DNA from: a candidate division WOR-3 bacterium
Lineage (GTDB): Bacteria; Hydrothermota; Tepidihabitantia; Tepidihabitantales; Tepidihabitantaceae
DNA length: 46,789 nt
Direction: 5' to 3'
NCBI GenBank assembly: GCA_039801225.1
Contig: JBDRUH010000008.1
Coordinates: 1 to 46,789, forward strand
This document shows positions 17,820 to 27,153 of the stretch, one piece after another (position 1 is the first letter of the stretch; every line of letters begins with the position of its first letter). Under the pieces are notes generated by a model. That model saw only the letters and a program-made list of their open reading frames with translations, was not told the DNA's origin and made no database searches. The position numbers and the translations under genes are program-made.

Positions 17820-18857
17820 TTAGGCTTTCCTTTCTAAAATATCAACAAATGACTCTAACCTGGTTCGCAAACCGGCTTCAGCGGTATGTTCATCTAAAAG
17901 AATGGTGAGAATTGGCACCTTTGCCTCTCGGGCAATCTCCCGACGGATAATCTCATTCACCACCGCTGCGGTGCCGCAGGAAAAACTGGCAATTAGCAAT
18001 AGTCCTTTAACCTCTCCTGTTTGTAAAAAATTTCTGACGCTCGTCAGTATCTCCATTTCATAATACCAGTTTACACTCCGCTTATTCGCCGCCTCTTTTT
18101 CAATGAGAGTTTTATCGGGAAATGAGACTAAAGGTAGAACCTCAAGTTCAGTTAGAATCTTCCACAGACCAAGGTTTATGCAGTTGTCAAATAGAAGATA
18201 AGGATGACCAATAACGCCAATTTTGGCAAGGTGCCTCTCCCCTATTCTCTCTCGGTCTTGGCTTTGCCCCGAACCCAAATACAAGGAGATTGCTTTATCC
18301 CTTCGGGACTCGCAATGACGATTGGCGATGGGTTGTTCTCCGGGCTCTTTGAACATATGTTCTGGCGAACCTTCCTCCTTTGTTTTCTTCTCAGCCGCTA
18401 TTGAAACAATCTGCGCCTCCTTAAATGCCCTCTTCGCCAAACCACCATTGATACCCAGCATCTTGGCAACCTCTTGAAATGAAGTTTCTTCGGTCTTAAT
18501 CCTTTGGTCAACAATCAGTTCTACGGTTTGAGAAAGGGAAGGGAATACCGCTCGGGTCAAATCCGGAAGGGCGATAGCCTTTGGGCAACCAAAGAACCAC
18601 TCTTTACCCAATCTTTGACAGACCAAACGGGGTAGGAAGAGTTTATCAACCCGGTGGCGCATAATTTCCACCTGTCCTAAAAAGACCTTAACCGGTAGGC
18701 AGAGTTCGGGCGGCGAGACCCTTACTCCAATCTCAACCGTTTCTCTATTAGTTGGTGGCGAAAGGACCACCTCAAAACCGAGCCTTTCAAAAAAGGTTTT
18801 CCAGAGTGGGTAATAATGATAGGTATGGAGAGCCCGGCAAATCCCGATTGTTGCCAT
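17820..18857 (-). CDS. Acyl-CoA dehydratase activase-related protein (DUF2229-like)
   Basis: IGI.RAL, W.TFF..LG, CLPVKVFLG, GCPK...LPD, GHPY, SFSCG, DEHT.EAG..TRLESF. Confidence 0.82.
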   Translation of the reverse strand: MATIGICRALHTYHYYPLWKTFFERLGFEVVLSPPTNRETVEIGVRVSPPELCLPVKVFLGQVEIMRHRVDKLFLPRLVCQRLGKEWFFGCPKAIALPDLTRAVFPSLSQTVELIVDQRIKTEETSFQEVAKMLGINGGLAKRAFKEAQIVSIAAEKKTKEEGSPEHMFKEPGEQPIANRHCESRRDKAISLYLGSGQSQDRERIGERHLAKIGVIGHPYLLFDNCINLGLWKILTELEVLPLVSFPDKTLIEKEAANKRSVNWYYEMEILTSVRNFLQTGEVKGLLLIASFSCGTAAVVNEIIRREIAREAKVPILTILLDEHTAEAGLRTRLESFVDILERKA

Positions 18858-18909
18858 TGGGGGGTTATTATAAACTTTTCTTTCTGTCGGTCAAATTTTA
18901 GTATAGATA

Positions 18910-19400
18910 GTAGGGGCAATTCATGAATTGCCCCTACGGTAATGGGATTGCTTCGCTATAGCCTGCCCCGAGCGAAAAAAGGGATTCCTCGGCAGGCTCG
19001 GAATGGCGGAGCCGAGGAGCTCGCAATGCTCCGTTCCGAGCGGAGCGAGGAAACTGAGGGCGGGGGGGTAAAATAACAAAGGAAATAATTGGTGTGGTTA
19101 AGATGGGGGTGATTCTGATGGTGAATTGGCGGGTTTCCACCAAGATTGGTTAGCCAATTAGGGCTGAAATCAAATTCAGCCCCGCTTAATAAATTACCGC
19201 CAAAACCCTTTGGGAAACAGTAAAAAGAACTATAAGCAAGGCGATTTTGGTGATTACCTAAATTATAACTTATTAGGTTATGTGGGGGGCTAGCTGGGGG
19301 GTGGGGTCTGAAATTGTTAAGAATTCCTCTAACCATTTGAAAATCAAGAAAATAGCCCATTAAGATCAGACTGTAATTTTCCTACCTATAGGTAGAATTT
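18910..19400 (-). repeat. Composite dispersed element, copy B (inverted, divergent)
   Basis: Identical 28-bp palindrome with the same junction as copy A (CGAAGCAATC-8 nt-GTAGGGG); nested unit at 18946-19028; TTATGTGGGGGGCT resembles the reverse complement of the copy A core. Confidence 0.6.
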
Positions 19401-19584
19401 TTTAAGTAATAAAGTCAGAAAAAACGAGCATCATTACAGAGATACTGGTTCAGATAAACTTGGATTTGGTTGCGTAAAACATCCTTCATCACCGCCAAAT
19501 CTAGGGAAGAAATGAGGGAAGAAGTTGCTTAACTCGCCACACAGTGACCAAAGGTAAGGTGTGAATAACGATATGAGTCCGGGA

Positions 19585-21333
19585 CTATAGCCGTTCCAGT
19601 TCCTCTTTCAATAACTGGCGCTGGTAAAGTTGCCAGTAAAGCCCTTTTTGGGTAAGGAGTTCCTCAGGAACCCCTTCCTCCTTCACCTCACCCTGGTCTA
19701 AAACATAGATATAGTCACAAATGTTAAGGGTTGATAGCCGGTGGGAGATAAGAAGCAATGTCCTTCCTTTCAGTTCCTCAATCAGCCGGTTTAATAGCGC
19801 CTGTTCTGTGTCAGCGTCCAGCGCCGAGGTGGCATCGTCAAAAATGATAATTGGTGGCATCTTTAGCAATGCCCGGGCTATCGCCACCCGCGCCTTTTGA
19901 CCACCCGAAAGACCGGTGCCCCGCTCTCCTAAAAGTTCATCAAGCCCTTTGGGTAACTCCGCTACATCACGGCTGAGTTGGGCAATATCTATCACCCGTT
20001 TTAGTTCTTCAGTTTCAACCTCGCGACCGAAAATGATGTTGTTTCTTAAAGTATCCGAAAATAAACTAGGCTCCTGGGGGACATAACCAAAAAGTTGGCG
20101 ATACTCCTCAAGGTCAAACTGTCTTATATCGGTGCCGTTCAAAAGAACCCTGCCTGTTTGTGGCTCAATCAGTCTGAGGAGAAGTTTTAAGATGGTGCTT
20201 TTTCCTGAGCCAACGGTGCCGGCGATACCAACCTTCTTCCCTAATGGAAAGACCATTGCAACTTCTTTGAGCACCGGTTTTGAGTCGTAGTTAAAACTGA
20301 CTCGCTCCAGTTTCAGTTCACCGGGTGCCAACTTATTGAGCAACTTTGCCGAACCCTTGCGCTCAATGTCGGGCAAGTGGCTTGTCAACTCACCAATTCG
20401 CTCACCAGCACCTTGTGCCCTCTTGCCAGTAACAAACAGATTGCCGATGTCAAACATCGGTTGCATCAACATCAAGAGATAGGCATTAAATGCGACAAAC
20501 TCACCCAGGGTCAGGCTTTTGCCAATCACCTGAATTCCGCCTACCCAGAGAACGACCAGCGTGGCAATTTCCGCAATCCCCATATATAAAACCTGAATTT
20601 TTGACTCCGCCCGCGCCTCATTAACCGCCACCGCCACCCGCTCGGTTAATGTTTTGTGGAACTGTTTTGTTAACCGCTCTTCGGTAACAAACGCCTTCAC
20701 CAGCCGAATGCCGGTAAACGCTGATTGTAGTTGATTGTTAATTTCAGCAATCTTCTCCCGCCATTTCATAAACCAGCGATAAACCTTTGGTCCCATTCTT
20801 ATCCAGCCAAAGGCTAAAAGAGCGGTAGGTAAAACGGTAACCGCGGTTAAAATCGGGTTCATCCTTAAAAGCATTGTCAAAGTAAAGAGGACCAAGAGCG
20901 CCGCAGAGATAAACCGGAAAATTCCGGAGCAGGCAAACCAGGAGAGTTCACCCATATCATGGTCAAGCCGTTCCATAACATCACCGCTGGGAAAACGATT
21001 GACAAAACTCTGCCCCTGGTTCAGAATCTTTTGAAACACCTCGCTCCGCACCTGCCATTGATAACGTTCATTCACCCGTCCGCGGCAGAAAGGCAAAATG
21101 ACATCCGCCACCGCCCGGAGAATTCCAAAGCCGACAAGTAAGAGCACATAACGAACTATTTTTTCACTGGTTATACCCTGTTTTATGCCGTCAACAATAA
21201 TTCGTAAAACATAAGGCACCACCACCGCCACTAAAGCACCAAACACCGTTCCGATAAAAAGCCCCAGGGCAAGAAGTTTGTGCTTGCGCCAGAAAGAAAA
21301 AACCACATTTAGTCCGTTTTGCCGCTTTACCAT
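19585..21333 (-). CDS. ABC exporter ATPase/permease (MdlA-like half)
   Basis: TMD plus GTVGSGKST, LSGGQ and degenerate Walker B IFDD. Confidence 0.93.
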   Translation of the reverse strand: MVKRQNGLNVVFSFWRKHKLLALGLFIGTVFGALVAVVVPYVLRIIVDGIKQGITSEKIVRYVLLLVGFGILRAVADVILPFCRGRVNERYQWQVRSEVFQKILNQGQSFVNRFPSGDVMERLDHDMGELSWFACSGIFRFISAALLVLFTLTMLLRMNPILTAVTVLPTALLAFGWIRMGPKVYRWFMKWREKIAEINNQLQSAFTGIRLVKAFVTEERLTKQFHKTLTERVAVAVNEARAESKIQVLYMGIAEIATLVVLWVGGIQVIGKSLTLGEFVAFNAYLLMLMQPMFDIGNLFVTGKRAQGAGERIGELTSHLPDIERKGSAKLLNKLAPGELKLERVSFNYDSKPVLKEVAMVFPLGKKVGIAGTVGSGKSTILKLLLRLIEPQTGRVLLNGTDIRQFDLEEYRQLFGYVPQEPSLFSDTLRNNIIFGREVETEELKRVIDIAQLSRDVAELPKGLDELLGERGTGLSGGQKARVAIARALLKMPPIIIFDDATSALDADTEQALLNRLIEELKGRTLLLISHRLSTLNICDYIYVLDQGEVKEEGVPEELLTQKGLYWQLYQRQLLKEELERL

Positions 21334-23124
21334 TTAACCCACCTGATTCACGAACTGCAGCCGATACAACCGTGTATAAACCCCATCCCGAGCAAGGAGT
21401 TCCTCGTGGGTGCCTTCCTCAACGATTCGTCCCTTATGGACGACCACCACCCGGTCAACCATCTGGACAGTTGCCAGGCGATGAGCAATTATTATTGCCG
21501 TTCGGTTGTGAAGTAACTGCCAAAGACCCTCCTGAATCAACTGTTCCGTCTGAGGGTCAACCGAAGAGGTCGCCTCATCCAAGATGAGAATTTCCGGGTT
21601 GCGCACCAATGCCCGGGCAAAAGAGAGTAGTTGCCTTTCACCCAAGGAAAAGTTGCTGCCACCTTCAGTGAGGAGCGTATCATAGCCCTTCTCAAACTGT
21701 CTTACCCGCTCGTCAATCCGCAGTTGCTGTGCCGCAGCAACAACCTGCTCTAAGGTGAGTGTCTCGTCAAACATTCGCAGATTGTCCAATACCGTTCCGG
21801 GAAATAGTATTACCTCCTGGGGTACAAACCCGATCGCCCGGCGCAGCGCCTTGGGGTCTATATCCGTAATCTCTTCAGTATCAAAAATTATCTTTCCCTG
21901 TTGAGGTGAATAAAACTTCAAAAGAAGGCTGATAATTGATGTCTTGCCACCTCCAGTTTCCCCTACCAATGCCACCTTCTCACCTTTGCGAATCCGCAGG
22001 TTAATATCCTTGAGCACAAAATCGGTTTCATCATAGGCAAAATGCACCCGTTCAAATATAATTTCTTTCCTTAATTTTGTCTTTTCCTTTATCCTGCCGC
22101 TCGGTTCCTCTTTCAACTCAAGGATGCTAAGAACCCGCTCTGCCGAGGCAAACGCCCGCTGGATTACATTAATCTGGTCGGAAATCGCCCGCACCGGATA
22201 AAAAAGCCGGCTGATATATGAAATAAAAAGCACCAGTGTTCCGATGGTCAGTGTGCCCTTAACCGCCCAAACACCACCGATTCCCAACACCAGCGCCATA
22301 CCGGCCAACTCCCCAAAGTCAACCAGAAACCAGACTAAATACCACCAACGCATCGCCCTCAACTCCTGCTCAAACTTTTGTTGGTTGAGATTGTCCATTT
22401 TCTGATAAAACCCCTTCTCCTGACAAAAAGCCTGAATCACCGGTAAACCCTTGAGCGTCTCCGCAACCAGGTTATTGATATCAGCAACAGTTCGGCGCAC
22501 CTTTAAATAGACCGGTCGCACGCGGTGCTGAAACTGCCAGAACGCGAGAAGGAACGGCGGTAACAATCCAATGACTAATAAATAAAGACGCCAGTTCAAG
22601 AGACTCATTATTACACTCATACCAATGAGCATCAGCCCACTCTGGAAAAGGACGATTGTTGTCCGGGCAAAAAGGGTTTTCAGCGCTTCGGTGTCGCTTT
22701 CAACCCGGGAGATTAGTTTTCCTACCGGATTTTTATCAAAAAAAGAGAGTGGTAAATTTAAGAGATGCTCAAACAGCGCCTCCTTTAAATCGGCTGTCCC
22801 TTTTTCACCCACCTGGCTCAACCAGACCAACTGAAAATAGGTGGCAAGAAGCAGTCCTAACTGCACCCCGAGATAGATAACCGAGGTTAACATCAAACCA
22901 CGGATATCGCCTTGGGCGATGTTGACATCAATCGCCCGTTTCAAAAGCACCGGACCCAATAGTCCGAGTCCGGTTGCCACCAATAGTAAGAAACCGGCAG
23001 AAATAACCCGGACTATATAGGGCTGAAAAAAAGGCCAGAGAGAACGAAGGTATTCGCTTACCTTCCTTTTCAGTTTTGTTTCCTCTTCGGTCAGAGGAAT
23101 GTGGTCGTAAAACATAAGATTCAA
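21334..23124 (-). CDS. ABC exporter ATPase/permease (MdlB-like half); start may be ATG 23115
   Basis: TMD plus GETGGGKT, FSLGERQ, ILDEATS, IAHRL. Confidence 0.93.
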   Translation of the reverse strand: MNLMFYDHIPLTEEETKLKRKVSEYLRSLWPFFQPYIVRVISAGFLLLVATGLGLLGPVLLKRAIDVNIAQGDIRGLMLTSVIYLGVQLGLLLATYFQLVWLSQVGEKGTADLKEALFEHLLNLPLSFFDKNPVGKLISRVESDTEALKTLFARTTIVLFQSGLMLIGMSVIMSLLNWRLYLLVIGLLPPFLLAFWQFQHRVRPVYLKVRRTVADINNLVAETLKGLPVIQAFCQEKGFYQKMDNLNQQKFEQELRAMRWWYLVWFLVDFGELAGMALVLGIGGVWAVKGTLTIGTLVLFISYISRLFYPVRAISDQINVIQRAFASAERVLSILELKEEPSGRIKEKTKLRKEIIFERVHFAYDETDFVLKDINLRIRKGEKVALVGETGGGKTSIISLLLKFYSPQQGKIIFDTEEITDIDPKALRRAIGFVPQEVILFPGTVLDNLRMFDETLTLEQVVAAAQQLRIDERVRQFEKGYDTLLTEGGSNFSLGERQLLSFARALVRNPEILILDEATSSVDPQTEQLIQEGLWQLLHNRTAIIIAHRLATVQMVDRVVVVHKGRIVEEGTHEELLARDGVYTRLYRLQFVNQVG

Positions 23125-23165
23125 TTATCATCAAACTCAAAAAATTGTAAAGTCCAGCCGATAAT

Positions 23166-23194
23166 TTGTCAGCCGGCAATTTTTTTGCTAAAAT
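23166..23194 (+). promoter_or_regulatory. Extended -10 promoter (leaderless) of the nitroreductase
   Basis: TTGTCA-17 (ending TGc)-TAAAAT-7-ATG(23202). Confidence 0.65.
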
Positions 23195-23201
23195 TTACCT
23201 T

Positions 23202-23708
23202 ATGGATGGAAGATTAATGCCTATCTTTTCCCGGCGTAGCGTTCGGGAATACACTGAAGAACCGGTTGAAGAAAGAGACATAATCGCCTTACTTCAGGCG
23301 GGTATGGCGGCGCCATCAGCCCGCAACCTCAAACCCTGGCATTTTGTCGTAATTACTGACAGAGAGAAATTAAAGAAACTTGCCGAAATCCATCCCTATG
23401 GAAAGATGCTTGGTGAAGCGGCGCTGGCGATAGCGGTTTGCGGTGATAAGAATATCTCACCAGAACTTTGGATTCAGGACTGCTCCGCAGCAACCGAAAA
23501 CATCCTCATCGCTTGCGCTATAATTGGTTTGGGTGCGGTTTGGCTCGGTGTCCATCCCCGAAAAGAGCGTGAAGAGCCGCTAAAGGCGGAACTGGGAATT
23601 CCGGAGCATATCGGGATTCTCTCAATGATTGCGATAGGCTATCCCAAGGTCAAACCCGAACCTAGGACCCAGTTTGATTCCTTCCGTATTCACCGCGAGC
23701 ACTGGTAG
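23202..23708 (+). CDS. Nitroreductase family protein
   Basis: RRSVREY, APSARN.KPW.F, QDCSAATEN, GLGAVWLG; start moved from the track's TTG (which is the -35 box) to ATG 23202. Confidence 0.92.
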   Translation: MDGRLMPIFSRRSVREYTEEPVEERDIIALLQAGMAAPSARNLKPWHFVVITDREKLKKLAEIHPYGKMLGEAALAIAVCGDKNISPELWIQDCSAATENILIACAIIGLGAVWLGVHPRKEREEPLKAELGIPEHIGILSMIAIGYPKVKPEPRTQFDSFRIHREHW

Positions 23709-23865
23709 AAGTTTAGCGAATAGGGAAATCAAACTCAGCAACTTGTCTTCACCATTTTTTACCCTACCTGGGAATCACCCTGAAATGATTTGTAATCTGT
23801 GGTCATTAAAATTCACTTAGCCGGTGGAGAAGTTTGACAAGCAAAGGTTAAAGAGTTAACTTAAG

Positions 23866-24159
23866 ATGGAAAATTTAGTGGTTAAACTCACACATAGCAA
23901 GAAGAAACGTATTTATTTAAGGGAGTATCGGCAGAAATACGGCAATAAGATGCGAGAACAGATTAAGGAATGGCATAAGAAGCACCCGGAATATTTGAAA
24001 GAATGGCGAAAATCACATCCCGAGTATTTTGCAAATTGGCGTGAAAGACACCGAAAGCGGTTAAGAAAATATATGAAATTTTATATGCATAAGTATCGGA
24101 GATGGCAGAAGTTAATGGCAAAATGTGTAAATAAAAAAAACTGCCAATTGACCCGCTGA
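23866..24159 (+). CDS. Small, highly basic hypothetical protein with KEWxKxHPEY repeats
   Basis: 97-aa ORF with an internal repeat; TTGACA upstream; start uncertain. Confidence 0.55.
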   Translation: MENLVVKLTHSKKKRIYLREYRQKYGNKMREQIKEWHKKHPEYLKEWRKSHPEYFANWRERHRKRLRKYMKFYMHKYRRWQKLMAKCVNKKNCQLTR

Positions 24160-24211
24160 AAAATTTTAATTATAAATTTTATGCTATGAAAAAAGTTTTT
24201 TAGTTGGTCTT

Positions 24212-25240
24212 ATGTTTGTTATGAGTAGGAGTATAGGCCAAATAGAGCTATTCTTTTCTAAGAGAGTGCCTTTTTGTTTGGCGCTCTTTTTTTGCTGTTT
24301 CTCTTTCGCTGCTGAAAATGGCTATTTCTTAACCTATCCTCCGAGTGGAAGGATAATCGGTTTAGGTGGGTGCTTTACCGCAATCGCTGACGACCCGTAT
24401 ACCACTTTTTATAATGACGCCGGATTGGGTGCCCAGAATAAAATCGGGTTTGGTTATTCTTATGGAACATACATCCCTTCCTACATTTTCCCCGATATGA
24501 AACACCGTTCCGACTTCTGGGTTTTTTCCGCTCCCTTACCACTCATAGGGGGCGGCATTGGCATAACCACGATTACCGAGAATCTAACCGCCCCGGAATA
24601 TGTTTTTCCGGAAGATGGTAGGTCGCTCAAACTCTCTTTGGGAAGAAATGTGTTTAAAGAGCTGTCTTTGGGTGTCGGCATTAAGTTGATTTCTATTTTC
24701 CTTTCTACCGGATATGACGGTCCGCCAAACTTTCTGGCTTTTGATTTCTCATCCCTTTATGAAATCCACCGCTATCGGATTGGGTTTGCTATTGCTAATA
24801 TAGGAAAGCCTATGGAATATTTTTCCGGGGACACTTTCCTCAAAAGGGTCCCCTTACCCTCGCTTTTCCGTGCCGGGGTCTCAAGGGAATTGACTATAGG
24901 CGGAAACCGACTGACTGCAGCGGTTGACCTAACAAGGAGTTTCTGCGGCTATCTCAAAGGTGATGACGGGATCCTTAGAGGGTTTGACATCTTCTGGAAT
25001 TCAGCAGGGATAGAGTATTCCATAAAAAATGTGCTGTTACTTCGTCTCGGCTACCTGTGGGATATAAATGGCTTATCCACCAGAACCGGTTTTTCCACCG
25101 GTATAGGAGTGAAATTATTGGACGACCTTCTCTCAATAGATTTCGGAATTGCTCATCGTTCGGTTTTTAATGTAAGTGACGCTCGGCTCTCTATATTACT
25201 GGAGGTCCCCCCAAAACTCTTCATTTCTCCATCCCGGTAG
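24212..25240 (+). CDS. PorV/PorQ-like outer-membrane beta-barrel protein (start uncertain)
   Basis: 'GLGGCFTAIADDP...FYN.AGL', NIG, LP..FRAG, AGIEY...LRLGY, beta-strand alternation. Confidence 0.75.
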   Translation: MFVMSRSIGQIELFFSKRVPFCLALFFCCFSFAAENGYFLTYPPSGRIIGLGGCFTAIADDPYTTFYNDAGLGAQNKIGFGYSYGTYIPSYIFPDMKHRSDFWVFSAPLPLIGGGIGITTITENLTAPEYVFPEDGRSLKLSLGRNVFKELSLGVGIKLISIFLSTGYDGPPNFLAFDFSSLYEIHRYRIGFAIANIGKPMEYFSGDTFLKRVPLPSLFRAGVSRELTIGGNRLTAAVDLTRSFCGYLKGDDGILRGFDIFWNSAGIEYSIKNVLLLRLGYLWDINGLSTRTGFSTGIGVKLLDDLLSIDFGIAHRSVFNVSDARLSILLEVPPKLFISPSR

Positions 25241-25476
25241 TTTACCCCTTTTAACCCCTACCAGTGCGCCGGCATTAAGTATCTCGGTAATAATATCGCT
25301 GCGGTCATCTGCCCGTAACCGCATCATCTTTCCCTGCACCACTTCCATTGCTATACCATTTCCAATCGCCCGCACCGTATTGTCGTTTTACGCATCTCGC
25401 CCATTTCTCATACCCGGGAATAATCATCGTTGATTTTCCGTCAGATTGTTCACTGGACTATTTTGCCATTGGGATT

Positions 25477-25505
25477 TTGACTTTCTCTCTTTTGAGGTTT
25501 AATAT
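25477..25505 (+). promoter_or_regulatory. sigma70-type promoter (leaderless) of thiL
   Basis: TTGACT-17-TAATAT-5-GTG(25511). Confidence 0.6.
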
Positions 25506-25510
25506 AATTT

Positions 25511-26470
25511 GTGCGTATTGACCAGATTGGTGAGAGTAAACTGATAAAGTTTATCCAGAATACGGTAAAAACCCGTAATCAGGTAAAAGTAGGAATTGGC
25601 GATGACGCCTGCGTCTTGAAGGATGGTAAGACGGTTCTTACCACCGACACTTATGCCGCAGGGGTGCATTTTGACCTTTCTTATATGAGTTATTACGATG
25701 TGGGATGCCGGTGCACCTGCGCCTGTCTTTCTGATGTGGTGGCAATGGCGGCAGAACCGCAAATTCTCCTTGTCGCCTTAGGAGTGCCAAGAAAGACTGA
25801 GGTTAGAGATGTCCTAAGGCTTTATAAGGGCATTGATTTTATCTGTAAGAAATTAGGATGTGAAGTTGCTGGTGGTGATATAGTTGCCCTTGACCGGCTT
25901 ATTATTACCCTTACCGCCTTGGGAAAAACAGTATCTCCTAAGTTACGTTCTCATGCCCAACCAGGAGAATTTGTCTGCCTCACCGGCTTTGCCGGTCTTG
26001 CCGAGACTGGCAGACTCATTCTTAAAAACCGCCCCTCTTCTCTTTTTCCTCTTCGGTCATCAAAAATAGCGGTAATGCGGCATATCTGCCCTTTGCCCCG
26101 GGTAGAAGTGATGCGTAAGTTAAGAAATAAATTTGGGGCACTGATTGATACCTCAGATGGTCTGGCAACCGATACCCGGCATATTGCCGAAAGCAGTAAT
26201 GTCCGGGTAGTTCTTTACCCCAATCTCTTGCCAATTCATCCAACGACAAAAGGGTTGTGTCAAAGGCTAAAAACAGACTTGATTGAATTCTGCCTAAAGG
26301 GAGGCGAGGATTATGAACTTCTTTTCACCTCTTCGGAGTTACCACCACCAGAGATTTGCAATACCCCAATAACCGTTATTGGCAAAATAGAAAAGGGTTC
26401 TGGTGTGTTCATAGAAAAACAGGGCAAACTAACCCCTCTAAAAATAAAAGGGTATGACCATCTTTCCTGA
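25511..26470 (+). CDS. thiL: Thiamine-monophosphate kinase
   Basis: GE..LI, GIGDDAC, LSD..AM, GGD, IDTSDGL..D, GGEDYELLFT, GYDH. Confidence 0.95.
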   Translation: MRIDQIGESKLIKFIQNTVKTRNQVKVGIGDDACVLKDGKTVLTTDTYAAGVHFDLSYMSYYDVGCRCTCACLSDVVAMAAEPQILLVALGVPRKTEVRDVLRLYKGIDFICKKLGCEVAGGDIVALDRLIITLTALGKTVSPKLRSHAQPGEFVCLTGFAGLAETGRLILKNRPSSLFPLRSSKIAVMRHICPLPRVEVMRKLRNKFGALIDTSDGLATDTRHIAESSNVRVVLYPNLLPIHPTTKGLCQRLKTDLIEFCLKGGEDYELLFTSSELPPPEICNTPITVIGKIEKGSGVFIEKQGKLTPLKIKGYDHLS

Positions 26471-26501
26471 GTGAATAAAATGTGGAAAACAATGTGGATA
26501 A
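26470..26501 (-). promoter_or_regulatory. Cluster of co-oriented DnaA boxes
   Basis: TGTGGATAA (26493-26501, perfect reverse complement of TTATCCACA), TGTGGAAAA (26481-26489), AGTGAATAA (26470-26478). Confidence 0.6.
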
Positions 26502-26621
26502 CTGCTGTATTACCATCTTATTATATACCCTTCCTGTTATCCCGGTAATTATATTGTGCCCTCTATTTGTAACACACATTTTGTCAAATATTTATAAAAA
26601 GGTGCTCCCTGAAAATTTTAT

Positions 26622-26673
26622 TTGACAACGCCATATATTGTGGTTTATTATTATCAAGCACCATATGAAGTGC
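26622..26673 (+). promoter_or_regulatory. nrdR-nrdD promoter with tandem NrdR boxes
   Basis: TTGACA-18-TATTAT; ACGCCATATATTGTGG (26628-26643) and GCACCATATGAAGTGC (26658-26673) match acaCwAtATaTwGtg, 30 bp apart. Confidence 0.75.
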
Positions 26674-27153
26674 CCATTTTGCGCAAGTGAAGAGGATAAG
26701 GTCTTGGAGTCAAGACCTGCTCAGGATGGGACATCAATTCGCCGCCGGAGGGAATGCAGTAAATGCGGGCGCCGATTTACCACCTATGAATATATTGAGC
26801 GCACCCCACTGATGGTGATAAAACGGGATGGCGGTCGTGAACCCTATGAGCGACAGAAATTGGTTAATGGTGTTCTTCTTGCCTGCCGGAAAAGACCGGT
26901 TAGCCGTGATAGAATTGAGAAACTGGTAAATGAAGTTGAAGCAAGACTTAGTGAGGATGAACGGCTGGAAGTGAGTTCGGCTGAGTTGGGTGAAATGGTT
27001 CTTGAGCAATTAATAAATATTGACCCGGTAGCATATGTGCGCTTTGCCTCGGTTTACCGTCAATTTAACACACCTGAGCAGTTTGTGGAGGAGTTGAACA
27101 ACCTAAAAGAAAGGAGAGAAAGTGGCGGAGCCAAAAAATTTAAAAAGGGATAG
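26665..27153 (+). CDS. nrdR: Transcriptional repressor NrdR
   Basis: MKCPFC...IRRRREC..C..RFTTYE, ATP-cone, VAYVRFASVY; start set at MKCPFC. Confidence 0.97.
   Translation: MKCPFCASEEDKVLESRPAQDGTSIRRRRECSKCGRRFTTYEYIERTPLMVIKRDGGREPYERQKLVNGVLLACRKRPVSRDRIEKLVNEVEARLSEDERLEVSSAELGEMVLEQLINIDPVAYVRFASVYRQFNTPEQFVEELNNLKERRESGGAKKFKKG

Noticed and set aside
19585..23124. Degenerate ABC motifs (IFDD, FSLGE) as signs of pseudogenes
   Set aside because: One degenerate nucleotide site is normal for heterodimeric ABC exporters
26470..26620. oriC
   Set aside because: Only about three boxes, no dnaA/dnaN/gidA context, and a dif-like site 15 kb away; a regulatory role for nrdR-nrdD is simpler
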